From positions 1,065,345 through 1,129,344 of the forward strand of contig MU004237.1 of NCBI GenBank assembly GCA_010405405.1: 64,000 nucleotides of DNA. The letters are read 5' to 3'. The position numbers and the translations under genes were made by a program. This stretch comes from Microthyrium microscopicum (lineage: Eukaryota). Below are positions 10,429-22,056 of the stretch, piece after piece. The stretch's first letter is position 1. Each line of letters opens with the position of its first letter. Below the pieces are notes generated by a model. The model was not told where the DNA came from and searched no databases. It was given only the letters and a program-made list of their open reading frames with translations.

Positions 10429-12335
10429 TTATCCAGAGAACTCTGGGATTTCGCTTTTCTTTCCGAGCAGTGCCAATGGGACGATACCGGAAACATGCAT
10501 GTCGGGGCCATAGACCTGGATGTAGATTAGTTTCATGTTTGAGTGAAGTGAGTGGCGAGCTATGGAGAACTTACGTGCATATCGAGGCCAAGTTCTGAGC
10601 CAACGTTCTTGATGTTCTTGAGACCTTCCTGGTAATTGGGACCAGCACGACGGACCCAGATCTGCACCTTATGCTCAACGAGTAGAGGAGCAACCTCACG
10701 GAGTGCGCGAATGACACCCTTGAATGTCGAGGCAACGTTGGTGAAGTTGGCAATACCACCGCCAATGAAGAGCACTTTGCCCTGCTCGTGCTGGGGCGCA
10801 CGAAGCATGAGATCAAAGACGGTTTTGGCGTAGTGGAACGTTTGTGTCTCGGTTGGTGCACCAGAGTATTCGCCGTAGTTGGCTAGCTCGTTAGCAAAGC
10901 CAGCAGAGGCAATGGCATCGGCGTAGACGACGGAGGCACCACCACCAGCGACGAGAGTCCAGACACGTCCTTGGGAGTTGAGGATGGTGAGCTTGAGGGA
11001 GGCACCGGTTTTGGCATCCATCTCGGCGATGTAGGCTTCTTCCTTGGAAAGTTCACGACCGAAAGGCGCTGGGAATTCCATGGGTGGACCAGCATCGACT
11101 TGAACTTTTTCTGAGCCTCCCTTTAGAATTGGGAGACCGAGATTAGCGGGTGAGCGGGCAACAGCCCATTTTACACCGCACTCGAATTCGGCGGTTTGAT
11201 CAAGTTTGGCAGCGAGATCGAGGAAGTGAACGGAAGCTGAAGTAGCGTCCGAGTTGGGGATAACGACAAGAGGGTTGATCTCGAGGTATCTATTCAAAAG
11301 GTCAGTGAGGTTTGTGGTATGACAAGATTTCATCTTACGTGAATTGGCAGTCGACGTAGACAGCATAAAGACGGCTGATAAAGTCGACGAGGACATTATG
11401 AACACCCTTGGGAACCTTGCTCAAAAGAGTTTTTGCGATTTCCTCATTTGATGGGTATTGTGAAAGGTTGACTGGGATAAGAAGCTTTTCAGCCTTTTCA
11501 TCAACATCACCAACATCAACACCACCTTCATGAGTAAAGAAGATCCAATCGCCCTAGAGATAAATATAGGTTAGCATATGCATTCAATGCGGGAGCGTCC
11601 GAATTGGACCTGGCTAGTGAAGCAACTTCAATGTTTGTACCGGAGCCGGTTACATGGATGATCTGTGTGTAAAGGGCCGTGGATATTGTTTCCCTTCGTC
11701 CGGCTGCATGCCCACCAAACGAAAACAAAACCCGGGAGTTTCCCAAGACATGTACATTTTTGAATGATATCTTGGCCCGATTTTACTATTGAAGAAAGTA
11801 TTTCGCAAATCGTGCAAGCCGATTATTTAATTGGTCGTACGTACCTCGCGAACCTAGAAAATGGTTAGTATGACCCTGAAATTATCAAAATCACCAAACT
11901 TACAGATTGAATGCAGATGTAGTATTCGGTTTCTTGAGGATGTGGCACAAGAGGCTCAACCAAAAATTGTCTTAGGACACCATCGACGGTTTCGACTCTC
12001 TGGGACTTCTTTGCTCGAGCAGCAATCCACTCTTTGGCCTCGGGCCATGTCTTGTTGAGGGCCAACAAACCGCTCTTGCCTCGTCGCTTGATCAATTGAT
12101 CTGGTTTTGCGACAAACTTGGCACCACTTGCAAGCAACCATGGATATTGGATCTCGGCTTGGTCGAGAACTGCCATGGTGTCCTTGTCATCTGGAAAATG
12201 CAGCGATGCGAGCTTTAGCGGAGCATTGTGTGTAGAGGAAGGTTTGAGAGGAGTTGGCTTGATTACTGGAGCGCGAGTAAGATGGTAGTTGACGATAGCC
12301 TTTCCATCGGCCTCGAGAATTGCTTTGGCGGACAT
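10429..12335 (-). CDS. acl2: ATP-citrate lyase subunit 2 (ATP-grasp and citrate-binding subunit), 5 exons
   Basis: [12 protein letters not shown] start, [52 protein letters not shown] and GGGIANFT. Exons 12335-11904, 11853-11845, 11553-11339, 11289-10575 and 10515-10429, all with GT-AG borders. Confidence 0.97.
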
Positions 12336-13938
12336 TGTGAAAGCTGTATGGAGAGATCAGAGGCGGTCAGACGATGATGAGCAGCAAGCAACAGTGGTAG
12401 CAGAATGAGGCTCAAGAGAAGAAAATGGGGGCAAATGAAGTCAAGAGTAAGTAATTGGAGAGTGAGAGAGATTGTGGTATGAGTAGAAATGGATTTGCTA
12501 AAGGTTGACAGGAAGAATTTCAGGGTTCAGTAACAATCGCAAAAGGCAAGTCAGACTGAAGTCGTGGTGGAGCTTTCCTTCCCGAAAATGGAGCGGGAGA
12601 TGCAAGAGGGTCTAAGGTTTGGTGCAGGAGCAACCCACAGCCGGATCCCTGTCGCAGTTTCCGGAAGGGGCAGTTTAGCAGCAACCTGAGGCGGGCTTCG
12701 GATCAGATCAACGACAAACCGCAACCTTGAATCTTTGGTGAGCTCAGAGCTGCAACGGGAAAAGACAAGAAAAGAAACGATAAAACTGTCTGCACTGTGC
12801 AGTACTGCAAGAGCTTGGAATTGGCTGGAAACTGTCCTAGACAGACAAAAACCCGAGTCGGACCTCCACCGACTTTTTGATTCTGTTGGCTCACTTATTA
12901 CGTTCTGGTGCAGAAATCCCAAGCTGCAGACAATGTGTGGCCGTCTGTTGCTGCAACTGAAATCACACTGCGCAAGTGTTGAAACTTCTGCAGGACCCGT
13001 TAGATCGGCCTCTGTTGCTGGGGATGCGTGTGGCGTCCAAACCAAAACGGCCATCCAAAAATTACTTGCCCACCAACTCCATTTCCGTGGCACGGTGAGA
13101 GAAGAGTACCTTTCGGCTGAACAAGGCTTAAACAAAGTTACAATATCAGCAACACTGGATTACGAGATATTGAGGGGGTGCCTAAATTGCTGATATTATC
13201 GGGCCTCATCTTATTCCAGCTATAGCTTCGACCCAGACACATCTCAGCCCTGTCAGACTCAGCTATTGTTGGGTGACGTTCGTTTGACAGATTCTCGGGG
13301 CCAGACAATGCTCAGCGTTCAGGTACCGCTTGGAAACAATAAGGCAGCCCCCTTGAACAACATCCCCGCGCCTGTGGATTTTCTTTGATACGCATTGTTA
13401 CCGCACTGAAAAGTCGCAGCCGAGTTACCGCAAATTCTATCGCCTAAAAATTACATTTGGCGGCCTCTTACTGGATGACAAGGCGCAATTGTCCTCACCG
13501 TCTCGGAAGTGGATCCTCCTGGTTCAATACGGAACCGTCTCTTCTTCGTCTTGGATATCGCAGTGCATTGTCCGCCAATTTGGGTCACACTTTTTATTCG
13601 CGTTGTAGATAGGCTTGCGCTGATTCTTATCTCCTTGATATCAGGCATGGAGATTGGAACACGCGATCAAAAAGGTCTGACTATTTTTGGGAATATAAGC
13701 TGCATGCATGTGGTTACAGCATCGGCGAGATGTCCGACGATACAAGAGTGTGGCAGAAAAGAGGGTCGTCGGCTCCCCAGTTGTCTGTCTGAAGCAGCAG
13801 CAGTTCTGGAAATATTTTGGTGCAAGAAGAGGGGAGCTGCAAACTCGGCCCCCCCTGTATGATCTTCTCCCCCTCGTGGGAAACTAAGCCAAATCTGGGC
13901 TAGAGTGCAGGGCAAGTGCCGCAGGAGAGTGAGCAACC

Positions 13939-13965
13939 GCAGGTCAAAGCAGGTCAAAGCAGGTC
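13939..13965 (+). repeat. 10-bp direct tandem repeat (GCAGGTCAAA x2.7) upstream of acl1
   Basis: gcaggtcaaa gcaggtcaaa gcaggtc read directly from the sequence. Confidence 0.85.
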
Positions 13966-14203
13966 GCAGCTTCCGAAAGGAAACACAGTGCCCCCAACGC
14001 TTACCCCAAGGAGCTCATTTCTGGTCCGAAGCTTCTCAACAATTCAATTCTCTCCAGTAGCAATTGTCTCGCCATCCTTCATTCTTACTCCTCTACAACT
14101 CCATCTTACCATTCTGTTATCGGCCTCATCCTCTCCTTATCTCTCTGTCTTCAATTTCCTGGAACTCGACTCTGCCTGTTCCATCGCCCAGAGTTGTCAA
14201 CCC

Positions 14204-14359
14204 GTAAGTCGCCGGCTGAACCCTTCTATTTCCACCAAAAACCCTGCTTCAATGCAATTATCCTGAACTGTTGAATCCGTCTTGCTGCAATTGACCGATT
14301 CATTCCGTTCTTTATCTTTCAGTTGCCTCCAGTTCTGTGTTCTGACCCTCAATCAATAG
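14204..14359 (+). other. Probable 5'-UTR intron of acl1
   Basis: GTAAGT donor at 14204, CTGAC branch at 14342 and TAG acceptor at 14359, 40 nt before the ATG. Confidence 0.6.
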
Positions 14360-14398
14360 ACCCCTCTACCAATCTCTCGTTGTTACCGTCAAACCAAG

Positions 14399-16623
14399 AT
14401 GGCTCCTGCAGCGACCACCTCCAATGGCAACCTCTCCGCCAACGACAATATCCAGCGATTTGCTCCTCCTAGTCGTCCTATGAGCCCACCAGCTGCTCAT
14501 ACTCTCTTCCACGAAAAGACAAGATGTTTCGTTTAGTATGTTTCCCAAGGCTTGAGCTGTGACATGGACTTGGGACCTAACCACGTGTAGTGGACTTCAA
14601 CCAAAAGCCGTCCAAGGCATGTTAGATTTTGATTTCATCTGCGGCCGAAAGCGACCATCCGTTGCCGGTATCATTTATACATTCGGTGGTCAATTCGTGA
14701 GCAAAATGTGGGTATCACAGAATGGCGGTGAAAGCTTTCGCTAAATTGCTATAGGTACTGGGGAACTTCAGAGACTCTCCTACCAGTCTACCAAACAGTC
14801 GAAAAGGCAATTTCCAAGCATGATGATGTTGATACTGTCGTCAACTTTGCTTCTTCCCGCTCCGTCTTCAGCTCCACCATGGAGTTGATGGAATACTCTC
14901 AAATCAAGTCAATTGCTATTATTGCTGAGGGTGTGCCAGAACGAGTAAGCACTAGATCAATGGATTAAACTTGGAATCTATTCTAACTCTAGAGTAGCGT
15001 GCGCGCGAAATTCTCTACGTTGCCACAAAGCGTGGTGTTACCATTATCGGACCAGCTACTGTTGGTGGAATCAAACCCGGTTGCTTCAAGATTGGCAACA
15101 CGGGAGGTATGATGGACAACATTGTCGCGTCCAAGCTCTATCGTCCTGGTTCCGTCGCATACGTTTCCAAATCCGGTGGTATGTCCAACGAACTCAACAG
15201 CATCATTGCTCAAACAACAGACGGTGTTCTTGAGGGCGTTGCAATTGGTGGTGATAGATACCCGGGAACCACATTCATCGACCATTTGCTACGATACCAA
15301 CAAGATCCAAACTGCAAGATCTTGGTTCTTCTTGGAGAAGTCGGTGGTGTCGAAGAATATCGTGTCATTGAGGCTGTCAAGTCTGGAAAGATCACCAAGC
15401 CAATTGTCGCATGGGCAATTGGTACAGTAGCTGGTCTGCTTAAGACTGAAGTTCAATTCGGTCACGCTGGTTCTTTCGCAAACTCCCAGCTCGAAACTGC
15501 CGCTCAAAAGAACAAGGCCATGAGAGCTTCAGGAATCTTGGTTCCCGAAACCTTCGAGGAAATGCCACAGATTCTCGCCAAGCTTTACCAGAAGCTCGTC
15601 AAGGAGGGAACTATCAAGCCCAAAGCTGAAGTTGCCGTGCCAAAAATCCCAATGGATTACTCCTGGGCACAGGAGCTTGGACTTATCCGAAAGCCTGCAG
15701 CATTTATCTCCACTATCTCCGACGATCGTGGACAAGAATTGTTGTACGCTGGTATGCCAATTTCAGACGTCTTCAGAGAGGATATTGGCATTGGTGGTGT
15801 CATGTCTCTCCTCTGGTTCCGTCGTCGCCTGCCCACCTATGCCAGCAAGTTTTTGGAAATGGTTCTCATGCTTACTGCTGATCACGGTCCCGCCGTGTCT
15901 GGTGCCATGAACACCATTATCACAACTCGTGCCGGCAAAGATCTCATCAGTTCTCTTGTCGCTGGTCTCTTGACCATTGGATCAAGATTCGGTGGTGCTC
16001 TTGATGGTGCCGCAGAAGAATTCACAAAGGCTTTCGATAAGGGTCTCAGCCCTCGTGACTTTGTAGACACAATGCGCAAGGAGAACAAGCTCAGTATGTG
16101 TCGACTACTTGATGATTTTGATTGTATGACTAACAACTCTAGTTCCTGGTATCGGTCATCGTATCAAGTCCCGCAATAACCCCGATCTCCGTGTTGAGCT
16201 CGTCAAGGACTACGTCCAAGCACATTTCCCAAGCACTAAGCTCCTCGACTACGCTCTTGCCGTCGAGACCGTAACCACATCAAAGAAGGACAACCTTATT
16301 CTCAATGTCGATGGCTGCATTGCCGTCTGCTTCGTCGATCTTCTCCGCAGCTGCGGCGCCTTCTCACCCGAAGAAGCTGAAGATTACTTCAAGATGGGAG
16401 TACTCAACGGTCTCTTCGTCCTCGGCCGAAGCATCGGTCTCATTGCCCATCATCTTGATCAAAAGCGTCTACGCACTGGTCTCTACCGCCATCCATGGGT
16501 AAGCTTCCTCCATAAATCTACCCTTCATTTACTAACCTTTCATAGGACGATATCTCTTACCTTCTCCCAACTCTCGGCAAGCCCGGCGGAACCGAAGGTC
16601 GCGTGGAAGTCGACATGGCATAA
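14399..16623 (+). CDS. acl1: ATP-citrate lyase subunit 1 (CoA-binding, phospho-His and citrate-synthase-like domains), 6 coding exons
   Basis: [43 protein letters not shown], phospho-His motif [26 protein letters not shown] and GLYRHPWDDISY. Five GT-AG introns restore the frame. Confidence 0.97.
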
Positions 16624-17876
16624 TTCAAGCAACTGTGGCGTTCTGTCTGGGTATGAATACTATCAGAAACAAACCTTTTAATGTTAAGCGGACAGCAGGC
16701 GGGATGGAAAATGCGTGTGTCTTTTGCGCTTGGTGTGTTGTAGTACGTTCAGTCTATCTTGCGGTGCAAAATTGCGGTGCATACGTTCATGATTGTATTG
16801 TACTATCTTATAATCTACAGATTTAGAAGTTCTCCATGTTCATTTCTCTCCGTTTTTCCATCATGCAACTTTAGCCTCGATAATTTTGAAAAGTCGTCTT
16901 GTCAATGGGAACACTCGGTTATTGGGAGCACATGGTTGACGGGAGTCGTTCTCAGCACTCACCCCGTCTGGCACCTACCCGCCATCGTTTACTTAAACAA
17001 CCTAATCTCCCAGCCCAGCGAAACGCTCACATGTCTGAGACAAGAACTGGTGGGACCCATCGCACTGGATGGCCGTTTGCAAACGCTGATACTATTCGCA
17101 GGCCGATGATGAGATAGGAGTGTGCAGGCTAGGTAGTCAGTGGGCGATGATTCGCGAGAAGTTGATCAAGGATGCGCAACACGCGCGCATAGTGGATGTG
17201 TCTCAATCAGCATTACAAAACTCTTGAAGAGGGTATGGGATTCCGCTTCGCTCCCATCGAAGTCGCTGGGGCCCAAGAGGTGTGTGAAGATGAGGGTGTT
17301 GAGGATGAGGTCGTCGCTGCTGGGGATTACATTAGAAATTTTTAGCTATGACATGCTTTTTCGTGGAAATTGAACGACCTAACCAGGGTTTCATATGCTG
17401 TTAAGCAAGCGAATTGATGCCTTGCAATGTAAGATATGGCAAGTGAAGTAATCAGCGGGAGAGCCAAATCGCTTGAGACCATGTCAATTGGAGGCCTGTC
17501 AATCCATCGATACAATCGTTGGTTTAAGGAAAACCTCAGTCGAGACATCCTCACGATTGCCTAATGCAGGAATTTTGATATAGCAATTGCGTCACGGGTT
17601 CATCACTGACTTATCATGAGATTGAGACTGCCTGCCAAATATATCCAGGACTTGAAGATCTGTCTGAGGAACTCGATTCAATGGAATCTTCACTATAGGA
17701 GGGAGGAGTGGCCAGTGACAGTGGCGGACTCGATATCTGTCTATAAAGTCTACTGCTTCGCCGCTCCATCCCCTCGATAAGCTTCCTCATACCTTTCCTT
17801 CACCCTTCCACAGCCTTCTCCAATTCATACAGACTCCAATTCATCCAGAACTGCAAGCACAAACGATATCATCACC

Positions 17877-18906
17877 ATGCAGTCATCCATCCATGGCCAG
17901 GGCGCCAAGCGCAAACTTGTCGTGGAGATTGACTACCCAGAAGTTGAGAGTGGAGCGAAGATTGCGAAGCTGACCAGCGAGAATGCGGCTCTCCGGAAAC
18001 AAGTGGTAGGTGACAGCATCATCACTAGGGATAGTTTTGCTGATGTTGTTTGCAGGTAGAATTGACACAGGCACGCGATTCTGATGACCATGAATCTATT
18101 AGCTCAGGTAAGACAAGTTATCGTCATCCCTTGAGCAGGAGGAGAAATTTGGCTGCCAGTGTCTGCACAGCTACTGCCACAACCATAGGCAGCTGCCAAT
18201 GAATGCAAAAGCTACAGCAGTACGCCAAGATACAGTCTGATGAGACCATGTCACTTGCTGCTGCTATCGTTGCAAGAAAAAGATACGACCATATTCTACC
18301 TGACTTGAACTGATAGTTCACAGATCCTACTCCTAAGTCAGAGGAGCACCTCGCTTGGATATACTCCGATGAATTCATGCGGGACTTCCAGCAATGTTAT
18401 CCAGTACAAGTAACGGGCTTGCAAGAGGAGTTTCAGGAGGACTCTCCTGCCGAGGAGCATGGTAAGAAAATTTGACAATCAATTTGCTCACGATCCACAT
18501 CCGAAGAATCTAACAAAAACCTAGACCTCTGCCAGCAGAACGACCAGACCGAAGTGGCGAAGGAAGCTCAAGCATCCACTAGTAACCACAATTCTGAAGC
18601 TACACAGTCTGGTCCCAGAGGTAGTAACAAGAGCTCCAAAGCAAACTGGTTGGCTGTAAGTTTTCTTAACGTGGACAAAACTGGGAGCTAACTTGTCAAC
18701 AGAGAGTTGAACAACTCCAAGCCAAGGAGGGCAATCTGCCTGCTGCGCCTGTGGAGTTGGAGTGCATTGTCTACTGTCAAGAGTGTAGTGCTGAATTCCA
18801 TCCGGACTTTGAAAATTTCGCAGCAGAACGGGAGGAACTTTGTGGCATTGGTGATATGTGTGCCAGTTGCATCATGTTCATCTCGCAACACCAGGATTGC
18901 TATTGA
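17877..18906 (+). CDS. Orphan 5-exon protein with N-terminal basic/coiled-coil segment and C-terminal CxxC...CxxC
   Basis: TATAAA at ~17742 and ATG in caccATG context. Four GT-AG introns with branch sites (starting 18006, ~18108, ~18462, ~18656) give one continuous frame ending ...YCQECSAEFHPDF...DMCASCIMFISQHQDCY*. Confidence 0.7.
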
Positions 18907-19661
18907 TTGTTCTTATTGCATGAAATTGATTGAGGTCTTGCAAAATACCTCTCCAGTCTTCAACGACGAACAATGGCAAGGCGGTCGGAGTAATTGAAGA
19001 CTTAATGGGTAGCAATGGCAATAGAAGTTCAATATGATTGTGTTGATTGTTGACTCTGCATTGTTTGTTTATGTTGAGTTCTCTCATTGTACCAGGTATG
19101 GGAGTGAACGAGAGCAATTTGGTACTATTCAATGTAACATTTGTGCTGAATCTCTAGATTATGATTGATTTCAACCAAGTTTGATCGCATGCCAAGTCTC
19201 GATTCCGATGAGATGAAGCTCGAGAAGTCAAACAATTGATGGAAGTCTGTAGTCGCTGGGAGAATAGTGGTGTCGATGGGAGCATATAATTGATGGGAGT
19301 ATTCCAGCTATTGGCATTGTCCATACAATCTGAAAGCTCAATCATGTTGGTGCTTGCCAAAATGGGAGATATATACACCTCAATAGAGACAATACGCCCA
19401 TTTGTAAACAACTCACCTCCATTGTAAGCAATTCAACCTCACCAGTAAACAATCAACCCCTATTGACTATTGAGGAAACTCACCACCATTGTCAAACTCC
19501 CCCGAATAGAAATCCTCACTCGCCCATTGTATCTTCCAACAATAGCAGTTCTCCAAACCTCCGCCTATAAAGCATTTTGATCCTGCCCATTTCCACCTCA
19601 ACCATTCTCTCTTCAACCATCACTTCATACCACCACCATCTCCCATCACCAACCACCAAAA

Positions 19662-20237
19662 ATGCCAGTCCAAACCCGCTCCCAAACCGCTCCCTCCACC
19701 GCGGTCGCGCCCGCCCAACCCACCAGCGCTCCCTCCCAAAGCGCCACCCGGCGCCACCCGGCGCCCTCGAAAGACCACGGTGCGGGCCACCGTGGCACCA
19801 TCATCAACTGCCGGAAAGCGCAAGCGCGCCGACGACCACGCTGGCTGTAATGCCAAAATCGCCAAGCTCGAAAAGGCGATTGAAGAGCTTTTGGAAAGAG
19901 GTAAGCATTCTTCCATCACATTCGATGACTCCCATCGCATTTCATGGGAAATTTGTGCTAACGCATTCTAGTCGAAGCACTCGAAAATGCCGTCGCCGAG
20001 CTCTCCGCGGAGGAAGAACCCGTGGAGCCAAGTGAAATTGTGGAGGAAATGTTCCCAGAGACCAGCCTTCTGCATGGAACCAGCGATGCTCCTGAGGGAG
20101 ATGAGACGGCGTTGCCGGAAGAGGAGGAGACCGAGTTGTTGGAGTCGTTGGAGTCGTCGGAGCCGGAGTTGCCTTCTGGAGTGCGTGGTCCTAATGCTAC
20201 CTTCTTGAGTTATATGGAGGCTGTGGAGAGGCACTAG
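19662..20237 (+). pseudogene. Orphan coiled-coil/acidic protein gene frameshifted by a 10-bp tandem duplication
   Basis: TATAAA at ~19566, ATG 19662. GCGCCACCCG is duplicated at 19741-19760. Removing one copy gives MPVQTRSQ...ATRRPRKTTVRAT...GKRKRADDHAGCNAKIAKLEKAIEELLER, then intron 19901-19971, then VEALENAVAELSAEEEPVEPSE...AVERH*. Confidence 0.7.
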
Positions 20238-20310
20238 CCAGAGCCAGCAATGCAATACATCTTGATATCTCCCACCACATTTGATCTTTCCCACAATAGC
20301 AAGTGATACT

Positions 20311-22056
20311 CTACTTCGTAGTACTCGATATTTCCCTCAGCCACTCCGTACACCCAGTCGATGCAGCAAGCGGCATCTTTCTATGCAGATTAAACACCAC
20401 ATCCATCCGTCCTCCACTCTCGACAATCCTCCATACCAGCGTACAGTGACACTTCGCGGTCTCATAGTACCGATTCCAGCCACATCTCCCGTCAATTCCG
20501 CCATCACTTCTTAGCCAACTATGCGTTTTCCGCGTGGCATCTCTGCCATCACACTCGCACTGTCGCGCCCTGCGACAGTTCATTCCCCGATGGGCTTTCT
20601 CCTCTCCTCTGATTACCGGCTCAACACCTTTCACTCTTCGTTCGGCAACGGCAACTATGACCGCGCGAGCAACGACGCATAGTTCCGTCCAGCAGGAACT
20701 GCGCATGTGCGGACAAGCCACAGACCACTCAAAGAAGAAGGCAAGTTCCCGCACGATAGCGCCGTAAGCTCTAGCACGCTGGAGACGTGTGCGCGTATGG
20801 TAGTGCCTAGCATCGACTACGTGGTTGTTTCGTACTTGTAGTCTACCTCTATCGACACTTGCTTCGAAGCATGGATAGTTGTGTCTTAGCGTATGGCTAC
20901 ATACGCCAATGGATACCTTTGGCCGCCTGCTCCACAGATTTGCTGCCTCGCTTTGCAGCCTGGCGAGTGTGATGGAGACGTGGGGACAGAGATCGAGTGG
21001 GCGGCATGTTCGGGTCGAGGCGGTCGAGGCGGTGTAAAAGAGCTTGTCGCCGGGGGGAAATGCATGGTAGTGGTGTGGGAGTTCGCAGCGATTGCAGTAG
21101 TAGAGATGTGTATGTCTTCCGGGTGTGCTAGGGAGAATTAGGCGGTGGGATGCTTCCATGGCTGGATAGAGGATCGTGGGATGGGTGCGGGCGAAGATGG
21201 CGATGGAGCGTCGGGTGGCTGGATGGTAGGAGCAGTTGACGGTTAGTGGTGATAGAGAGCGATAGAGAGCCAGGCTGGTGAGGCGAAAGGCGAATTGGTC
21301 TTCGAAAGAGAGGAAGTCGTCGATGAGAATGATGAGCTCGAGGGGAAGCATTCGCAAAAGATGACACGGCGATGGGACTGGACGTTGCTCTGGCTGTTGC
21401 TCCGGTTGTTGCTCTTGTTGCTGCTCTGGTTTACGTCTGGATAGAATGGTTTTGGCGCGGGTGATTGGGTTGATGGCGTGGATTGATAGATGTAGTGTAT
21501 TCCAATTGAGATTTCTTGGAATATTGTTAGTATAGAACTCTTCGACTGGGGTTATTGGGGTTATTTGATAGATACGATGTTGGTCCTTCACTGAAGAGCC
21601 ACTGCTGCATCAAACAGAGCAGATATTCAGTAAATCCACAGTGAGATCAACTCAATAGATCTAAGTGATTTCGTAGTATACATACCTCTTTTTGTTTTTT
21701 GGTAGCATGTCCGATGGTACAAGTGAAGTTGTTGTAGATTCGCCCTCGCTGCCCTTTAGTTCAAGAGGCCTTGGTTCATCGACTTTATCTGGCAATGCCC
21801 ATCTCCTTTGCTCATTTACGATTAGACCCTCAACTTGTTCCCTAGAGTAAACAACTACTGGTGTTTCAGAATCCTTTCCCCAAGTTTCCGGTGCTGCTGC
21901 TAGCAGGCCAGTCCAAAGTTCTAATGGTCTTCTGAGAATCGAGTGTGGTAACTCGTCTGGGTCGACTGTCTCATACACCCCATCGCTGCCGAGGACGCTC
22001 ATTGGCTTTGGCTCTCGACTGCTCGGTCTAAGTTGAGTGCCCATTCTGAGTAACAT
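20311..22056 (-). CDS. F-box domain protein (probably 2 exons)
   Basis: F-box motif LLRMLPLELIILIDDFLSFEDQFAFRLTSLALY, followed by a Cys/His-rich region (YCNRCELPH, LCPH, ACPH). The upstream ORF 21661-22068 splices in frame via a GTATGT...TGCAG intron (~21684-21605). Start codon uncertain. Confidence 0.75.

Larger units (their letters stand above)
12336..14398. promoter_or_regulatory. Shared divergent promoter region of acl2 and acl1
   Basis: ~2.06 kb between head-to-head start codons, with pyrimidine-rich leaders on each sense strand next to both genes. Divergent acl1/acl2 linkage is established in filamentous ascomycetes. Confidence 0.75.

Noticed and set aside
12551..13193. 194-aa and 152-aa overlapping ORFs in the acl spacer
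   Set aside because: No domain-like content, no clear ATG start, and they lie in a known promoter region.
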